A DNA stretch of 64,000 nt. It comes from Felis catus (Eukaryota). The notes beneath the pieces were generated by a model that had not been told where the DNA came from, ran no database searches, and was given only the letters and a program-made list of their open reading frames with translations. The stretch lies in contig NC_058368.1 of assembly GCF_018350175.1 (NCBI RefSeq), positions 61,196,001 to 61,260,000 on the forward strand, written 5' to 3'. The translations under genes and the position numbers were made by a program. This document shows positions 12,057 through 24,349 of the stretch, one piece after another (positions within the stretch are counted from its first letter, which is position 1; each line of letters begins with the position of its first letter).

Positions 12057-14203
12057 TAGCAGTTTTTTATTTGGTGTGGTTATTGGATTTATATATAACA
12101 TCTTATGCATATAGCAATCTGTATTTACTTGATGACTGTTTAAGTTTGAACACATTTTAAAAGCACTACATTTTTACTTCTCTCTTCCACATTTTAGGTA
12201 GATGGCATTGTACTTTACATCTTTTTATCTTGTGAATCCCTTGACTGATTTTTGTAGATATACTTAATATTACTGCTTTTATGCTTCTTACTTTTCTTAC
12301 TCCTGCTTATGGTATTTCCTTTCCACTCAAAGAGTCCACTTTAACATTTCTTATGGGGCTGGTTTAGTATGATGAACTCCTTTAAATTTGTCTGGGAAAC
12401 TCCTTACCTCTCCTTTAGTTCTGAATAATAACCTTGCTGGATAGAATGTAGAGTTTTCTTATTTGAAGATTCTTTTTTCCTTTCTTTGAATATTTCACGG
12501 CTTTGTGGACTTCAAAATTTCCCCTGAAAAATTAGCTGATTGCTTATGTAGTTTCCTGTATATGTAACTCATTTATTTTCTTTTGCTACTTTTAAAAATC
12601 TCTATCACTACTTTTTTGCCATTTTAATTAATATGTGACTTGGTGGGGAGCTCCTTGTGTTGATTTTATTGGGGGCTTTCTGTGCCTCGTGGATTGGGAT
12701 TTCTGTTTTCTTCCCCAGATTCGGGAAGGTTTCAGCTATTATTTCTTTAAATATGTTTCCTTTCCCCTTTTCTCTTTTCCTCTTTGATTGCTGTGATACT
12801 TGATGGTGTCACTGAGTTCATGAATCCATTTTCATTTTATATTATTTTTTTTCTTTCGTCATAATTTGATTGCTTTCCCTTACTCTCTCCTCTAGGTTGC
12901 TGATCTGTTCTTCTGCTTCCTCTAGTTTACTATTTATTCCAGCTAGTGCATTTTTAATTTCAGTTATTGAATTCTTCTTCTCTGATTAGTTATTTTTAAT
13001 ATTTTCTATCTCTTCATTGAGAGTCTCACTGAGATCCTTTACTCTTCCCAAACCCAGTGAGTATCTTTATAACCATTACTTTAAATTCTCTATCAGGCAC
13101 ATTCCTTATCTCCATCCTTGTTGTGATGTTATCCTGTTCTTTCATTTGGGATATATTTCTCTGTTTCCTCATTTTGTCTGATTCTCTGTGTCTCTTTCTG
13201 TGTGTTAGGAAAGTCAGGTAAGTCTCCTGCTCTTGGCGATGGCAGCCTTCTTAAGAAGTGGTCAGGTAGTGCCCTGCAGTTCAATGTTTCTTGTGTACCA
13301 GAACCTGGAGCTTCAAGGCTGTCTCCTTTGTGTGTTGCATGCGTCCTACTGTTGTGACTGAGTCACATTTGCCTTCAGTTCAGTTGTCTGCAATGTCTCT
13401 CTTTGCCTATTGTGGACATCGTTTGGTCCCTGTGCTGTTAGTGGGCCAGTCTGGGACTACCTTGTGCTTGAGTTGAGTCAGACCAGGCATTTGCCAGAGC
13501 TGTCGTGGCACTACAATGCAGGATGCTCTCCCTGTGCTGTGCCCTGAGAAGCTGTCATTGGTGGGCGCGGCCTGCTGTTAGACTGGATGTCTGCTCCCTT
13601 CCCTGCTGCAGTGGCTGCAGTGAACTGATATGTGTGGTTTTTCTTCACTTCTCTCCAGAGCACTAGCGGCTCTGAGGTGGTGCTAACCCCTGTCAGGGCT
13701 GCTTGCGCATGGCCATGCGTGTGGCACTCTTTGGATGAACTTCTGTCCTATTTTTTAATATTTATTTATTTATATTATTTTTTTAACTCTGTTTTGTTTA
13801 TTTGATTCTTTTCCCATCATTACTTGACTGGTATTGAAAGAGGTTTATCAAACAATTTTGTTTCTTCTTGTTATCAAATATTTGTTCATATGTACTTCCT
13901 ATTTATATTTTTAGTTCTCTCTTTGAAAAATTTCTCTCTCTCCCTCTCCCTCTCTCTCTCTCTCGTTGTTTCTATCAAGAGTCTTTACCAAAGATTGATA
14001 TGGGGAACGTTTTAAACTTTACATATATAGAGAACATAAATATATACTCATGTTCTATTAATACATTGGTTAGGCATAAAATCAGTATTTCAATTTTTTT
14101 TCTATCAAAATTTAGAAAAGATTACTGACTGTTTTCTTCTTCCCTTGTCACTACTATGACTCCTGGTCAAAATTTGATTTTTTTTTCTTTTTCTTGTTTT
14201 CTT

Positions 14204-14205
<2 letters not shown>

Positions 14206-14255
<50 letters not shown>
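14206..14255. repeat. Pure T50 homopolymer
   Basis: Counted directly. Confidence 0.95.
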
Positions 14256-14260
<5 letters not shown>

Positions 14261-15619
14261 AAGACTGTATTAACTTTAGCAGCTTTGGAAAATTACTTTT
14301 CCTTTGATGATATTATTCTGTATATGGTTTTTGTAACTATTCTCTTTGAAAGTATGATATTCCTTTTAATCAGAGGTCTTTTATGTTCCTATAATTCTTT
14401 GAAATTCTACATATTAGTTTTTTTTTTCTTTTTCATAATCTGGACTCTGTTAGCAGTAGTCCTACACATCTAATACTTTTTATTATATTTCACCTATTCT
14501 TTTATTTTCATGTGAATTTTATGAGTTTCTTTATTGAATTTCCAGTTTAATTTATATTTTTAAATCTTATTAATTCTCTTATTTCTCCATCTAGTGAATT
14601 ATTCCAAATCATTATTTTTCCCTAATATTTATTCTCAGTTTTGTTTTTAACTAGCTCTTTCTTTTTCATGGTGTTATGATGTATCATCTCTTTGAGGTAT
14701 TATTCTTCATATTTATATTATTCTTATATTTTCATGTGTTCCATCATATCTGGTTTATGTAGTGTAGGTTTTTCATTCTGATGTCTTTTTCTTTATTGTA
14801 GGTTGATTCTTAGTACCTGATGTTTTGGATTATGAACTTATTTTTCCCTGGAGGTACCACATACTTGTCTGCATATAAGGTGGAAGGAGCAAGATCAAGG
14901 CCTTAGTGCTTCTGGTAGTTTTAAAGTGTGAAGCATGGGAGGTGTTCTCCACGGCAGAGGCTGCAGAATCATGGTTGAGCTTGACCATTCAGATCAGGAA
15001 TTATCTTCAGCAAATTCTGAATTCCAGGGAAATTGTCTTTACCTGTTTCATTGGCTTTTCTCCTTTTTTTTTTCTTTTGTAGTGTAACACGGAGGAAATT
15101 GTTGATATCTGCTCTTTACTCCACCCTACATGTGACAATCCTGTTACATATTCTGCTCACAGTGACTAAATAATGATCTCAGAGGAATGTAACAGAAGCC
15201 AAATCAAAGCTCTCCTCCACATATACATGGAGCCCATTACAGTAAATCACAATTGGCTTTATCACTCCAGGAATTCCTCACAATATGTTAGTTTTTCACA
15301 TCAATAAAAATTGCACCAACAATTCGAATATCATGTTTGATGAAGTTTCCAAAGGATATTTTCAAAAATTTGACAATGTTTACCTCCTGAATAATTGCGT
15401 TTTTCTGCCCACTTCGTCTCCATAAGTGCCATTCTCTTTTTGTTCATTTGCTTTTAGTCCCTTGGAGTTGTTTTTGAGTTTTCTTTGTAAACTTCTCTTC
15501 CTACCAAGTATTGAATTTATTGATATGCTACCTAAAATATTCTGTCTTACAAAATCTTTATAGTAGTGTAGTAATGCCAACCTCCATTTATTTAAAAAAA
15601 TAAAAAATAAAAAGACTCT

Positions 15620-16080
15620 TTCTCTATTGATTTGCAGTGGCACATCTGTTATGCATCAAATTACCGTACATACATAGGTTTATTTAGGGGCTCTTTTTTT
15701 CTCTTTCAGACATTTATTTATCTTTGCCTGTGACTAAACAAAAGTATTACTCATTTTGCTTTGTAGTAAATCTCTGTATCTGGTAGAGTAACTTCTTTCA
15801 TAATGTTCTTTAGCCTTCAAGAATGTCTTGGCTCTTCCTTGGGTTTTCTCATAAATTTTAGCTTATCTATTTCCATTAAAAATTGTTGAAAATTTACTTA
15901 ATATTGAATTGAATCTACTAAGAATTTTGTATGTAACTATAGCCTTACATAATTGAGTCTTCAGACTGATGAGCATGAAAAATATACTGACTTAAATCTT
16001 CTTTAAATATCTTTAAATAAAGCCTCATAATGTTCCTTGTAGTATAACTTGCCCAAAGTTGTTTCATATTGATCTTTTCA
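15620..16080 (-). mobile_element. Ancient L1ME-like ORF2 fragment
   Basis: GCTTTGTAGTAAATCTCTGTATCTGGTAGAG, ATTGAATTGAATCTA, GAGTCTTCAGACTGATGAGCATG. Confidence 0.6.
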
Positions 16081-16899
16081 GGCTACTATGGAATTTGACA
16101 ATGTGAATATGCAAAAAACGTGTTGATCTGTCGGGTTCCTTTGCCTCCTTGTGCACCTGGTTTATTTGTGTGCTGACCATTGTCTAAGGGAAAAAAAAAA
16201 GTGCTTTTGAAATATCTTGTGTTTGCTTTCTGGGGTATAACCAGACTGAAACTAGGAAGATTCAAGTCTCTTACTTCAGGTTTCTTGATCGGCACAGGCC
16301 ATGTATAACTAGGGCAGGAATTTGTACATTGCTTGTCTGCTGTCACTGCTTTTTAGGAATTCCCATTCCTCAACTTGATAGTTGTTGCTGTGACATTTTG
16401 CCCCACTCAGCACCAACTCAGTTTTATTGTGGATAGGGTAGGATGGTGTATTTCTCTGCTGCTACTACTATGGTTTGTGCTATCACCATAATACAGGGCA
16501 GAGTCTCGTAGAAACTTCCTACCTTGGTGGGGTCTTTTTGGTTTTTTTGTTTGTTTGTTTTTGGGTTTTTTTGGCTTTGACTTTTTTCCTCCTAACTACA
16601 GAAAGTTTTGAAACTAAGGTCTGAGTTTGACGTATCCACAAATGCCATCAGAATAAGAATTCATTGCTTCAATACTCTGTTTACCTTTATAAATTCAGGC
16701 TTTTCTCTGTAAGTTGGCATGGAAATTTCAAACTGTTTATTTTTTTTTCCATTTCTTTAAAATTTTAGGTTATGCCTTTAAAGTTTAGGTAGAATTCTCC
16801 TCATTTCAGGTTCATTCTAAATAATTTGACCTATTTTTATTAGAATGAGACTTTCTGCAATTTATTTTTTGCATTGCAGGCGGAATGATCTTTCTGCAT

Positions 16900-17650
16900 A
16901 CTTTCCTATAAACCTTACCATAGCCTTGTCTTAAAATCTGTATTACCTTCGTATCACTTTCATTGCTTTCTTAAAATTGTCTCTAAATTTAAGATGTAAT
17001 GATGACACTTGAAATCTAGACTAGAGTTATATCTCACTCTAATCTTTATTCAGTTGATCCTGAAAAACTTTTATTCCAAATGTGCAGTTTGCTTTCCTTC
17101 CTTTGGCCTTTGAACATGACATAGGTCTGTATAGAATCTATCCTCCTCACTCTTTTTTTTTTCTTTCTTTCTTAGACTTATCATTCAGACCTCAGTGTAA
17201 AGGTACTCTCTGACAGCATGTAGTATAACTACTAGTTAAACATACTGGCACCAGTGTAGTTTTCTGAACTTATCTAGCCTTCAGTATCCTATCTAGAATG
17301 CCAGTATACCTGAAATTTTGTTGGGTGATTAAACCAGATAATGTATTCTGTTTTGTATGGTAAACAACAAATGCTAATTTCCATTATTACTAGCTTCTTT
17401 ATATTTGTGTCCTCCCCAGCCTGATCAGGTTGGGCAGTTGCCAGAGTCTACATTTTCATTTATCCTATTCTTGCTGCCTATGAATGTCAGAAATTGAGAT
17501 TTGTATTTTTAGCCATTGGCTTTCATAAGAGTGTAAGACCTTGAAGATGGGAACTCTGCCTTTCCCGTAACTTTACTCATTGTACCTGATATATAAGTGT
17601 AGCTAGTAAATATTTATTAAATTAAGAAGTGAAAAAATGAATAATTATTA
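16900..17650. mobile_element. L2 and MIR fragments (highly diverged)
   Basis: TGTAAGACCTTGAAGATGGGAACTCTGCC...GTAAATATTTATTAAATT resembles an L2 3' end; MIR-like core at about 17220-17390. Confidence 0.5.
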
Positions 17651-19227
17651 CATCATATTTTATATATATTTAGGATAAAAGTATAGAGATTGAGCAAATT
17701 TCTTAAAGTGGTACAACCAATATAAGAGATATTTGGAAATCTTCTAACTACATACCAACTCCAGGCAAGATTCCAACCTTCAAAACTCATCTTTCTATTG
17801 AAATAAGACATGAACATATAATATACTATTATTACTATCATTATACTAAAGAAAGGGACAGATTGAGATTATAAGGATTTAAAATCAAAATATTATGATA
17901 CTGTATTGGGAAGGTCAGAATAATTTTGATGGATGAAGTATAGTTGTACATGTGACCTAATGTGACATTGATAGAACTTCCAGGACACGGTTTGAAAAAT
18001 CATGCTTCATTCATGTTCTGTCATACTCAAAACAAAGATAAAAACAACCTGGCAAGGGCAATGTATTATTTTCATGAAACCCAAGCACCATATATAAATT
18101 TGTGTATACTAAGGCTAAAACCTGTGATGTGATTTTTTTTTTCAGTTTTACCCAAACCAGTGTTGGTCACAGCCAGTATTTTCACACACACATTTAACAA
18201 ATTGTCTTAATTTTATTCTCTTTACAACATAACATGATAAGTATGTATACTATATGAATATAGAGAGGGGGGTGTATTACAAGCAACATATTTAAATGAT
18301 TTTATAACTGTATTTTAGTCCTTTAATTTGTATCATTTCCTCCGACCTTTTGCCCTGTTGTAACATCACGGGCTCTACGTGACTAAAACAACATTAGCGG
18401 TTTGGCAGGACATACACTGCATTACACAAATCCTGGAACAATTTAAGACACAGTGCACAATATTATCCTTTAATACGCAAGTTAGTAGAGGCTAGAGAAT
18501 TTGTGACCAAATCAACTCCAGACTTTTTCGGGGAGGTAGGATCAGAAAAAGATAAACATCTATTCTGAAATTCCCATGCAAAAATAGAGAAGGTTATGAC
18601 TTATAAAGAAGCATATCTTCAGTGTTATTTCAAAGAGTGTTAGGAGATCAGGAAGATGAAGTATGAAGGCTTTTAAGGCAAACTCTTCAATTAGTGTGGA
18701 AAACATTGATATTACAGTATTTATGTATAAATTAGAAAGGCAGTTTGGAAACTGTGAAAAAATCTAGGAAGGCAATTATTCTGATTCTTTGAGACAATGA
18801 ATTTTGACAACTATAGCATTTTGGCCAATATTATGACATGATGAAAATGATATTTTGGAAGATTACATAGCAGCAGTTAAAATGATTGATTTTGGTGGGG
18901 AATAAACTAGAAGCAAAGGGATTGATAATGGGATTATTGCATTTGCCTTATGCTGCTAATACTACTGCTTCTTGCTTAGAGGCTGCTTAACATCAACTTC
19001 AAAATGGAAATTTACTTGTCATAGCATATGCCAGAAAAATATTGAATAAAGGTGAACATGTATATCCCAGTCCCAATTCAGGGTGTCTGTCTTTTAAATA
19101 AACAGCCTGAGATAAATTTCCTGAGTTTTTACATGAAATAGATTCAGAGTAATGACAGGCTCTTGTATGGAATTGCTAACGACTGCGAAATTGAATATAG
19201 CAGAACAGACAAGGGTGTCAACCTTAC

Positions 19228-19309
19228 CTCTATTACATTCTAAACGCTGAACGGGGCAGGTGAAGAAATTACAGACACTGATGTACTTTGAAGGAACGGA
19301 ATGGTGTTT
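19228..19309 (-). other. Candidate 82-nt internal exon of an unidentified minus-strand transcript
   Basis: Minus strand reads GCTCATATTTTTCTTTCATTTACCCTAG|AAACACC...AATAGAG|GTAAGG; one open frame, KHHSVPSKYISVCNFFTCPVQRLECNR; not repeat-like. Confidence 0.5.
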
Positions 19310-19811
19310 CTAGGGTAAATGAAAGAAAAATATGAGCATGAAGTGACTCACTGTTGAAGTGGGATTCAAAATAGATATACAGTTTACTATTGTATACCTA
19401 TGGATGTTTAGATATAAGTAATACAATTGAAAGATTTACATAAGATTTCTAAAATTTTAGAACACTTGGAATAAATGCTTTTAAGTAAAGATATTTGACT
19501 AATCTAGTTTGGGTTTTCCATTAAGCTATAAGTCAAACATATCATATGAAAAACCGTATCAACACTCATAATTTAAAAATCACTTTTTTTAATTGACTAC
19601 TTCACGAGTTTCATAGGGTTAAATATCTACATGGTAAGCAGCCATCTTCTGAACCTAATTTAAACAGTTGGTTGTCTTTTGATAATTTTTAAATGAGGTA
19701 TATAATCCAATTAGGTTGGACAGAAAAACCATTCAGATTATGGAATTTTTACCAGAGGAGGCTTGTATGCGGAGAAGAAGTTAGGGGGGAAATGCAGAGA
19801 GAAGCAGAGGT

Positions 19812-19838
19812 GGGGGGAGAGAAGGGGAAGGGAAAGGG
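19812..19838 (+). other. G-quadruplex motif G6-N6-G4-N2-G3-N3-G3
   Basis: GGGGGGAGAGAAGGGGAAGGGAAAGGG. Confidence 0.6.
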
Positions 19839-21278
19839 AGAGTGAGGAAACAACAGTTAGACAAGAAATTGAGCATGAGATACTATGAAAAGGAGCTGCC
19901 TGTTAATTTATTCCTTCCAATGGAGATAAGATACATTTATGGTGAATCAGATTCTATGGCATGCTCCTATTCGATGGTGATTATAAGCACACAGAAACCT
20001 CTTCCAACTAGTTTTTGGCTGTTATAACATAAACAAATGACTAAAAATGGATGAGTCTTGGTTATCGCAACTGTACAATGAACACAGAAATAGGTTTTTT
20101 GTGAGAATTCAATGAGAGAATCCTTGTTAAATTATCATCTCGGTGGTTGGTCCTTGGTTAGTGCCAAAAATAATACTTTTTAACTGTGTCAGTATTTTTA
20201 TTATGTATATGTGTATACAATATATATATTTACATACATACATGTATAAGAACAATCACCTTTGAACTAGTTTAGAATGAGTTTCTCTTTTAAAAGCAAT
20301 CCTGCCTAGGATGTATGTTAATGGATTTACTAGCAACAGATTGTTACTGACTGGAGAGTCCAAGCATGGTGACTGCTAATTAAGATTCTTCCACTGTGGC
20401 ATAAGACAGTATACCATAATACTACAGTTTATCACAACTGGTAGACTATTGCTTGTAGTACTTTCATAATTAGCCCACATACCCACTAAGGCTGCCTTTG
20501 GAGGACTTGTAACCAAATGTGTGTACATCACAATATGGTCATTAGGATTCAAGAAAGTTAAACAAATGTGCAAATGTCAGTTCTAACTATCCCCCTCAGA
20601 AAGAGACACAGGCAAGCATAGTAATCACATTCCTCAGATGTGAAGGTCCTGTATTTTGTTACTTAGTTTTTTAAGATTTGTAAGATCCAGGTTGAGATCA
20701 AAACATTCATGTTGCCAAAATCAGCCACTGATTTTTCAGCAATGCCTGTGGTTTTATAAACAAGTCAATGCCCTTGTTGCCAAATGTCAGAACTCTCACA
20801 TCCATTCTGGGGTATGTGTGGAATCGGGGGATTAAATCACAAACTGTGAATTCTGGGGGAGCTGGTTAGCAGGCACCTACAATGGCAGATTGGGGATAAG
20901 GGCACCTTACTCACTAGTCATATCCTATTTAGGATTTTTCTTTACCATCTGCACCTGTATAGAGAAGAACCTGGGGTCATAGGATGCCTCACAGTCTTTC
21001 ATGGCCCGTGGAAATAAATTCAATCTACTAAATGCATTAATGAAAGGGTTAGTGGTATGAACCTGTATGGAGAGCCAAAACAAAATTGGAAATAAGCCCC
21101 TGAATTTCTTCTGGAATTTTTATCACTGAAATAACAACAAGGTTTGTTGAGTAGTAAGCAGTTCATGGCTTGACTCAACCCAGAAGTTCAGGAAGGAATC
21201 TGGCTTCTTTAGCAAGGTTCACACTTGAGTTTAAAAACAAAAAAACAAAAACAAAAAAACAAAAACCAACCTACTGGC

Positions 21279-21486
21279 GGGTGCCTGGGTGGCTCAGTCA
21301 TTTGAGCATCTAACTTTAGCTCAGGTAATGATCTCATGGTATGTGAGTTCAAGCCCTGTGTCAGGCTCTGTGCTGACAGCTCAGAGCCTGAAGCCTGGTT
21401 TGGATTCTGTGTCTTCCTCTCTCTCTGCCCCTCCCGCGCTCACGCTCTGTCTCTCTCAAAAATAAATAAACATTAATTTAAAAAAA
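21279..21486 (+). mobile_element. CAN-SINE
   Basis: Full body and tail; short degenerate TSD ACTGG(C/T)G. Confidence 0.95.
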
Positions 21487-22112
21487 ACTGGTGCCTGCTT
21501 AATATCCACAGTCTATCTTGAAGCAGGTGGATTTCGTGAAGCAAAAATGAAAATATTTCCCTGACCAAAGAAAACTAATTGTATTTAGAGAAATAGAAGA
21601 AAAACAAATCTATCATAGACTAAGACTGACATGGAGTGTTCATACAGACAAAATCTGGTTTTGCCTATTTTAGAACTAATATTTGGTTCAAATAGCCGAT
21701 ATATCAATATCGCGAATGTATATACCAGTGTCAGTTGAGCTTCTTTGTTACCAGAAATTATGCAGATGACAAATTCCTTCTCCAAAATAATAATAATACA
21801 GAGTATGTATTAACTATTTTTCTAAACAATGAGTTATATTGGCTATGCAGTGTGTCGTTAAACCAGTATACAATTGTGTATCTCTAGGGAAGTTATCAAA
21901 TTCTCATCCAGCATGCCTAGAAAAACCAACTGGGTGGTACAATGTTTTTCTGAAACTCTCTTCTTCCTCTCCCCTTTCTATGTTCCCGCTTAGCCTGCAA
22001 GGTACACATTAATTCTTCATCTTTGTTCTAGTTCAGTGCCTCTAATACATTTTGTTTGTACAAACACTTTACTTGCTAAGTTGGAACAACCTTTGAATTT
22101 TATTTTTGGGTA

Positions 22113-22169
22113 TTGTTTTGTTTTGTTTTGTTTTGTTTTGTTTTGTTTTGTTTTGTTTTGTTTTGTTTT
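22113..22169. repeat. (GTTTT)n microsatellite
   Basis: About 11 units. Confidence 0.95.
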
Positions 22170-22772
22170 AAACTGAGCGCAGTTTATCTGTATACCCTTT
22201 GTGGGAATCTTGAGTTCTATTCCACTGGCAGGAAAGTCTATTGAGATTACAGGAGAGAATGTTCGTCTTTCTTCCAGCCAAGTTCAAATTTTATTCAGTC
22301 TATGTGAAATGACTCTGTAAAACCTTAACTTGTCAACAATGGGTGAAAACAATTAATTTTCAGGGATTTTGTTGCAAAATGGATTATGAAAGTGTTTGTA
22401 TAAATCATTCATGGCGCGACACATTTTTCAGTAAATTAAACACTCTTTTTGTTTGATTTAAAGGAAAGAAGAGCAAAGGGAATGAGATAAGGAAAAGAGA
22501 GGAGAAAACAAAGGGGAGAGGAGAGGAGAGGACGACATGAAGGTGGAGTAGTTATGTGAGTGCAAAAGGAAAAGGCAGTATTTATTTACTGGAACTGACA
22601 AGAGAGATACTCGAATTACACATCCTTTCTTACACTGTTGATCCTACTCAGGATGCCTTTCTAGCCCAGAAACATTTCTTCAGAGTCGGTATGGTGAATA
22701 CAGTAAGTGCTCATTCTAGTCCTATAATAGAAGTGAAGCTTGGAGCTGGGCCTGCATGTTTTCTGTTTTTTA

Positions 22773-22948
22773 TTTCCCCCCCTCCCCCTTCTCCTCCTCC
22801 TCCTCCTCCTCCTCCTTCTTTCTTCTTCTCTTTCTCCTCCTTTTTATCCTCCTTCTCCTCCTCCTTCTTCCTCCCCTCCTCCTTCTTCCTCCTCCTCCTC
22901 CTCCTCCTCCTCCTTCTTCCTCCTCCTCCTCCTCCTCCTCCTCCTCCT
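22773..22948. repeat. (CCT)n/(CTT) homopyrimidine tract
   Basis: About 175 nt of almost pure C/T. Confidence 0.95.
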
Positions 22949-24349
22949 GATGAATTGTTTGCCAAATCTAATGTCAGCAAACATGTTGTGCAACACATTT
23001 CATCTTATAACTAGAGTCAGGCCTTTGAAGGTGTCTTTACCTCCCTTTCCCATATGCTAACATGTTCTTTTTCAGATTAGCAGGGCTATTCCTAATTATC
23101 CACCTCCCCCCCAAATTTGTACCTAAGAGAAGGGAGCCCACTCTTTTCCTCACATCACTCTATCCCCCTAAGCTCCTCACAGAGTGGTGTGGTATCTATT
23201 TTGCATAAAATCAAATGTTTTATTTTACTACAGAAGACAGAGTTTGCTAAAGTTAGGATTTAAAATATTTTTGGTCAGGTATGGCAGATGATTGGAGAAT
23301 TATCTGCTACTCTCTTAGTGTTCTTAATTTCTCCTCTGTTACGATATTTTGCTCACAAGGTCAGGCAAGTCAGTCAGTCACTTTTGTGTTTGGCCCTATT
23401 CACTTTATATTTATTAGAAAACTGGACATCTTTGATCAATTATTTTCCAGAAGTGGACTTTCTTCAAATGTTATCTACTGAATGTAGTATAATTGTCATG
23501 AGATTAATGAGGAAAAAGCCACAATAATGCAAAGAAGAGTGAACCTTATAGAACAAGATTCTATTTGAAAGGATGGACATTGTTCTTTCTATTACATCAG
23601 TTGGTGCCAGTGTGAATCTTAGAAAATATAGAAGGGGTAATAAATTAATGTTAATGACATGAATCACAGGACATAGGCTAACTGAACTGTGAGTCTAAAC
23701 CCACACTTTTAAGTTAAACCACCCAACTTTTAAGTTGGAAAGATCATGACAAAGTGAATATTGTAAAGGAACTCACAACAATTGTCATAGAAATGAGAAG
23801 AATCTTTGAATGGTTGTAGCTCCATTTCTCATAATCAGAATATCTCCCAATAAATCAGTTAATCAGGGAGGTAATTTTCTTTTCTTTAGCAGCTGTGCAT
23901 CTTCTATAACCATGTAGATTTTTCATTAAGTACCAAAAGTTTAAGAAAATAGAAAGCGTGGTATTGAACTTCCATAATCGTAAAGAATATGTGAATGCTA
24001 GATATTATATATATTAAAATGTATATGAAAAATTGATCTATTAGAGTAACAGTCTTACAATTCCAGTGTAAAATACATTGAATAATTTATTAAGATTTGT
24101 GAATTTTTTAGATTAAAACAGGTTTCTCAGAGTCATCATTTTAATCTTTTGAAATTAAAATAATTATGTGATTCATAAAATTGTTTTGTCTATAAAATCA
24201 GATAATTAAACTGTTTAAAAAAAAGAGTATTTACCTATCGAATGCATTTAAATGGCTTACAGTTTCAGTTTGTACATGAAACTATAGATTATTATAAAGA
24301 TTTTAAAAATTATACCTATGATTTTTAAATCCAATGATTTTGCAAGATC

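Larger units (their letters stand above)
8760..13740 (-). mobile_element. Carnivore-type L1, about 5 kb: 5'UTR, ORF1, endonuclease and RT; 3' end missing; degenerate
   Basis: ORF-track remnants SIITLNVNGLN..KRHRVMEWIKKQ, NTIIVGDLNCPLTSMDRSSKQKINK and MIISIDAKEAFDKVQH; GC-richer 5'UTR at about 13230-13740. Confidence 0.92.

Noticed and set aside
13210..13225. Strong donor CAG|GTAAGT on the plus strand
   Set aside because: Inside an antisense L1, with no supported partner acceptor.
14156..14473. Hydrophobic 105-aa membrane-like ORF
   Set aside because: Poly-Phe from the T50 tract within T-rich decayed sequence.
15380..15643. Possible exon or processed pseudogene fragment (KENGTYGDEVGRK)
   Set aside because: Weak donor, no clear acceptor, no poly(A) or TSD, and an unrecognised peptide.
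22556..23060. Four overlapping low-complexity ORFs
   Set aside because: Produced by the stop-free (CCT)n tract.
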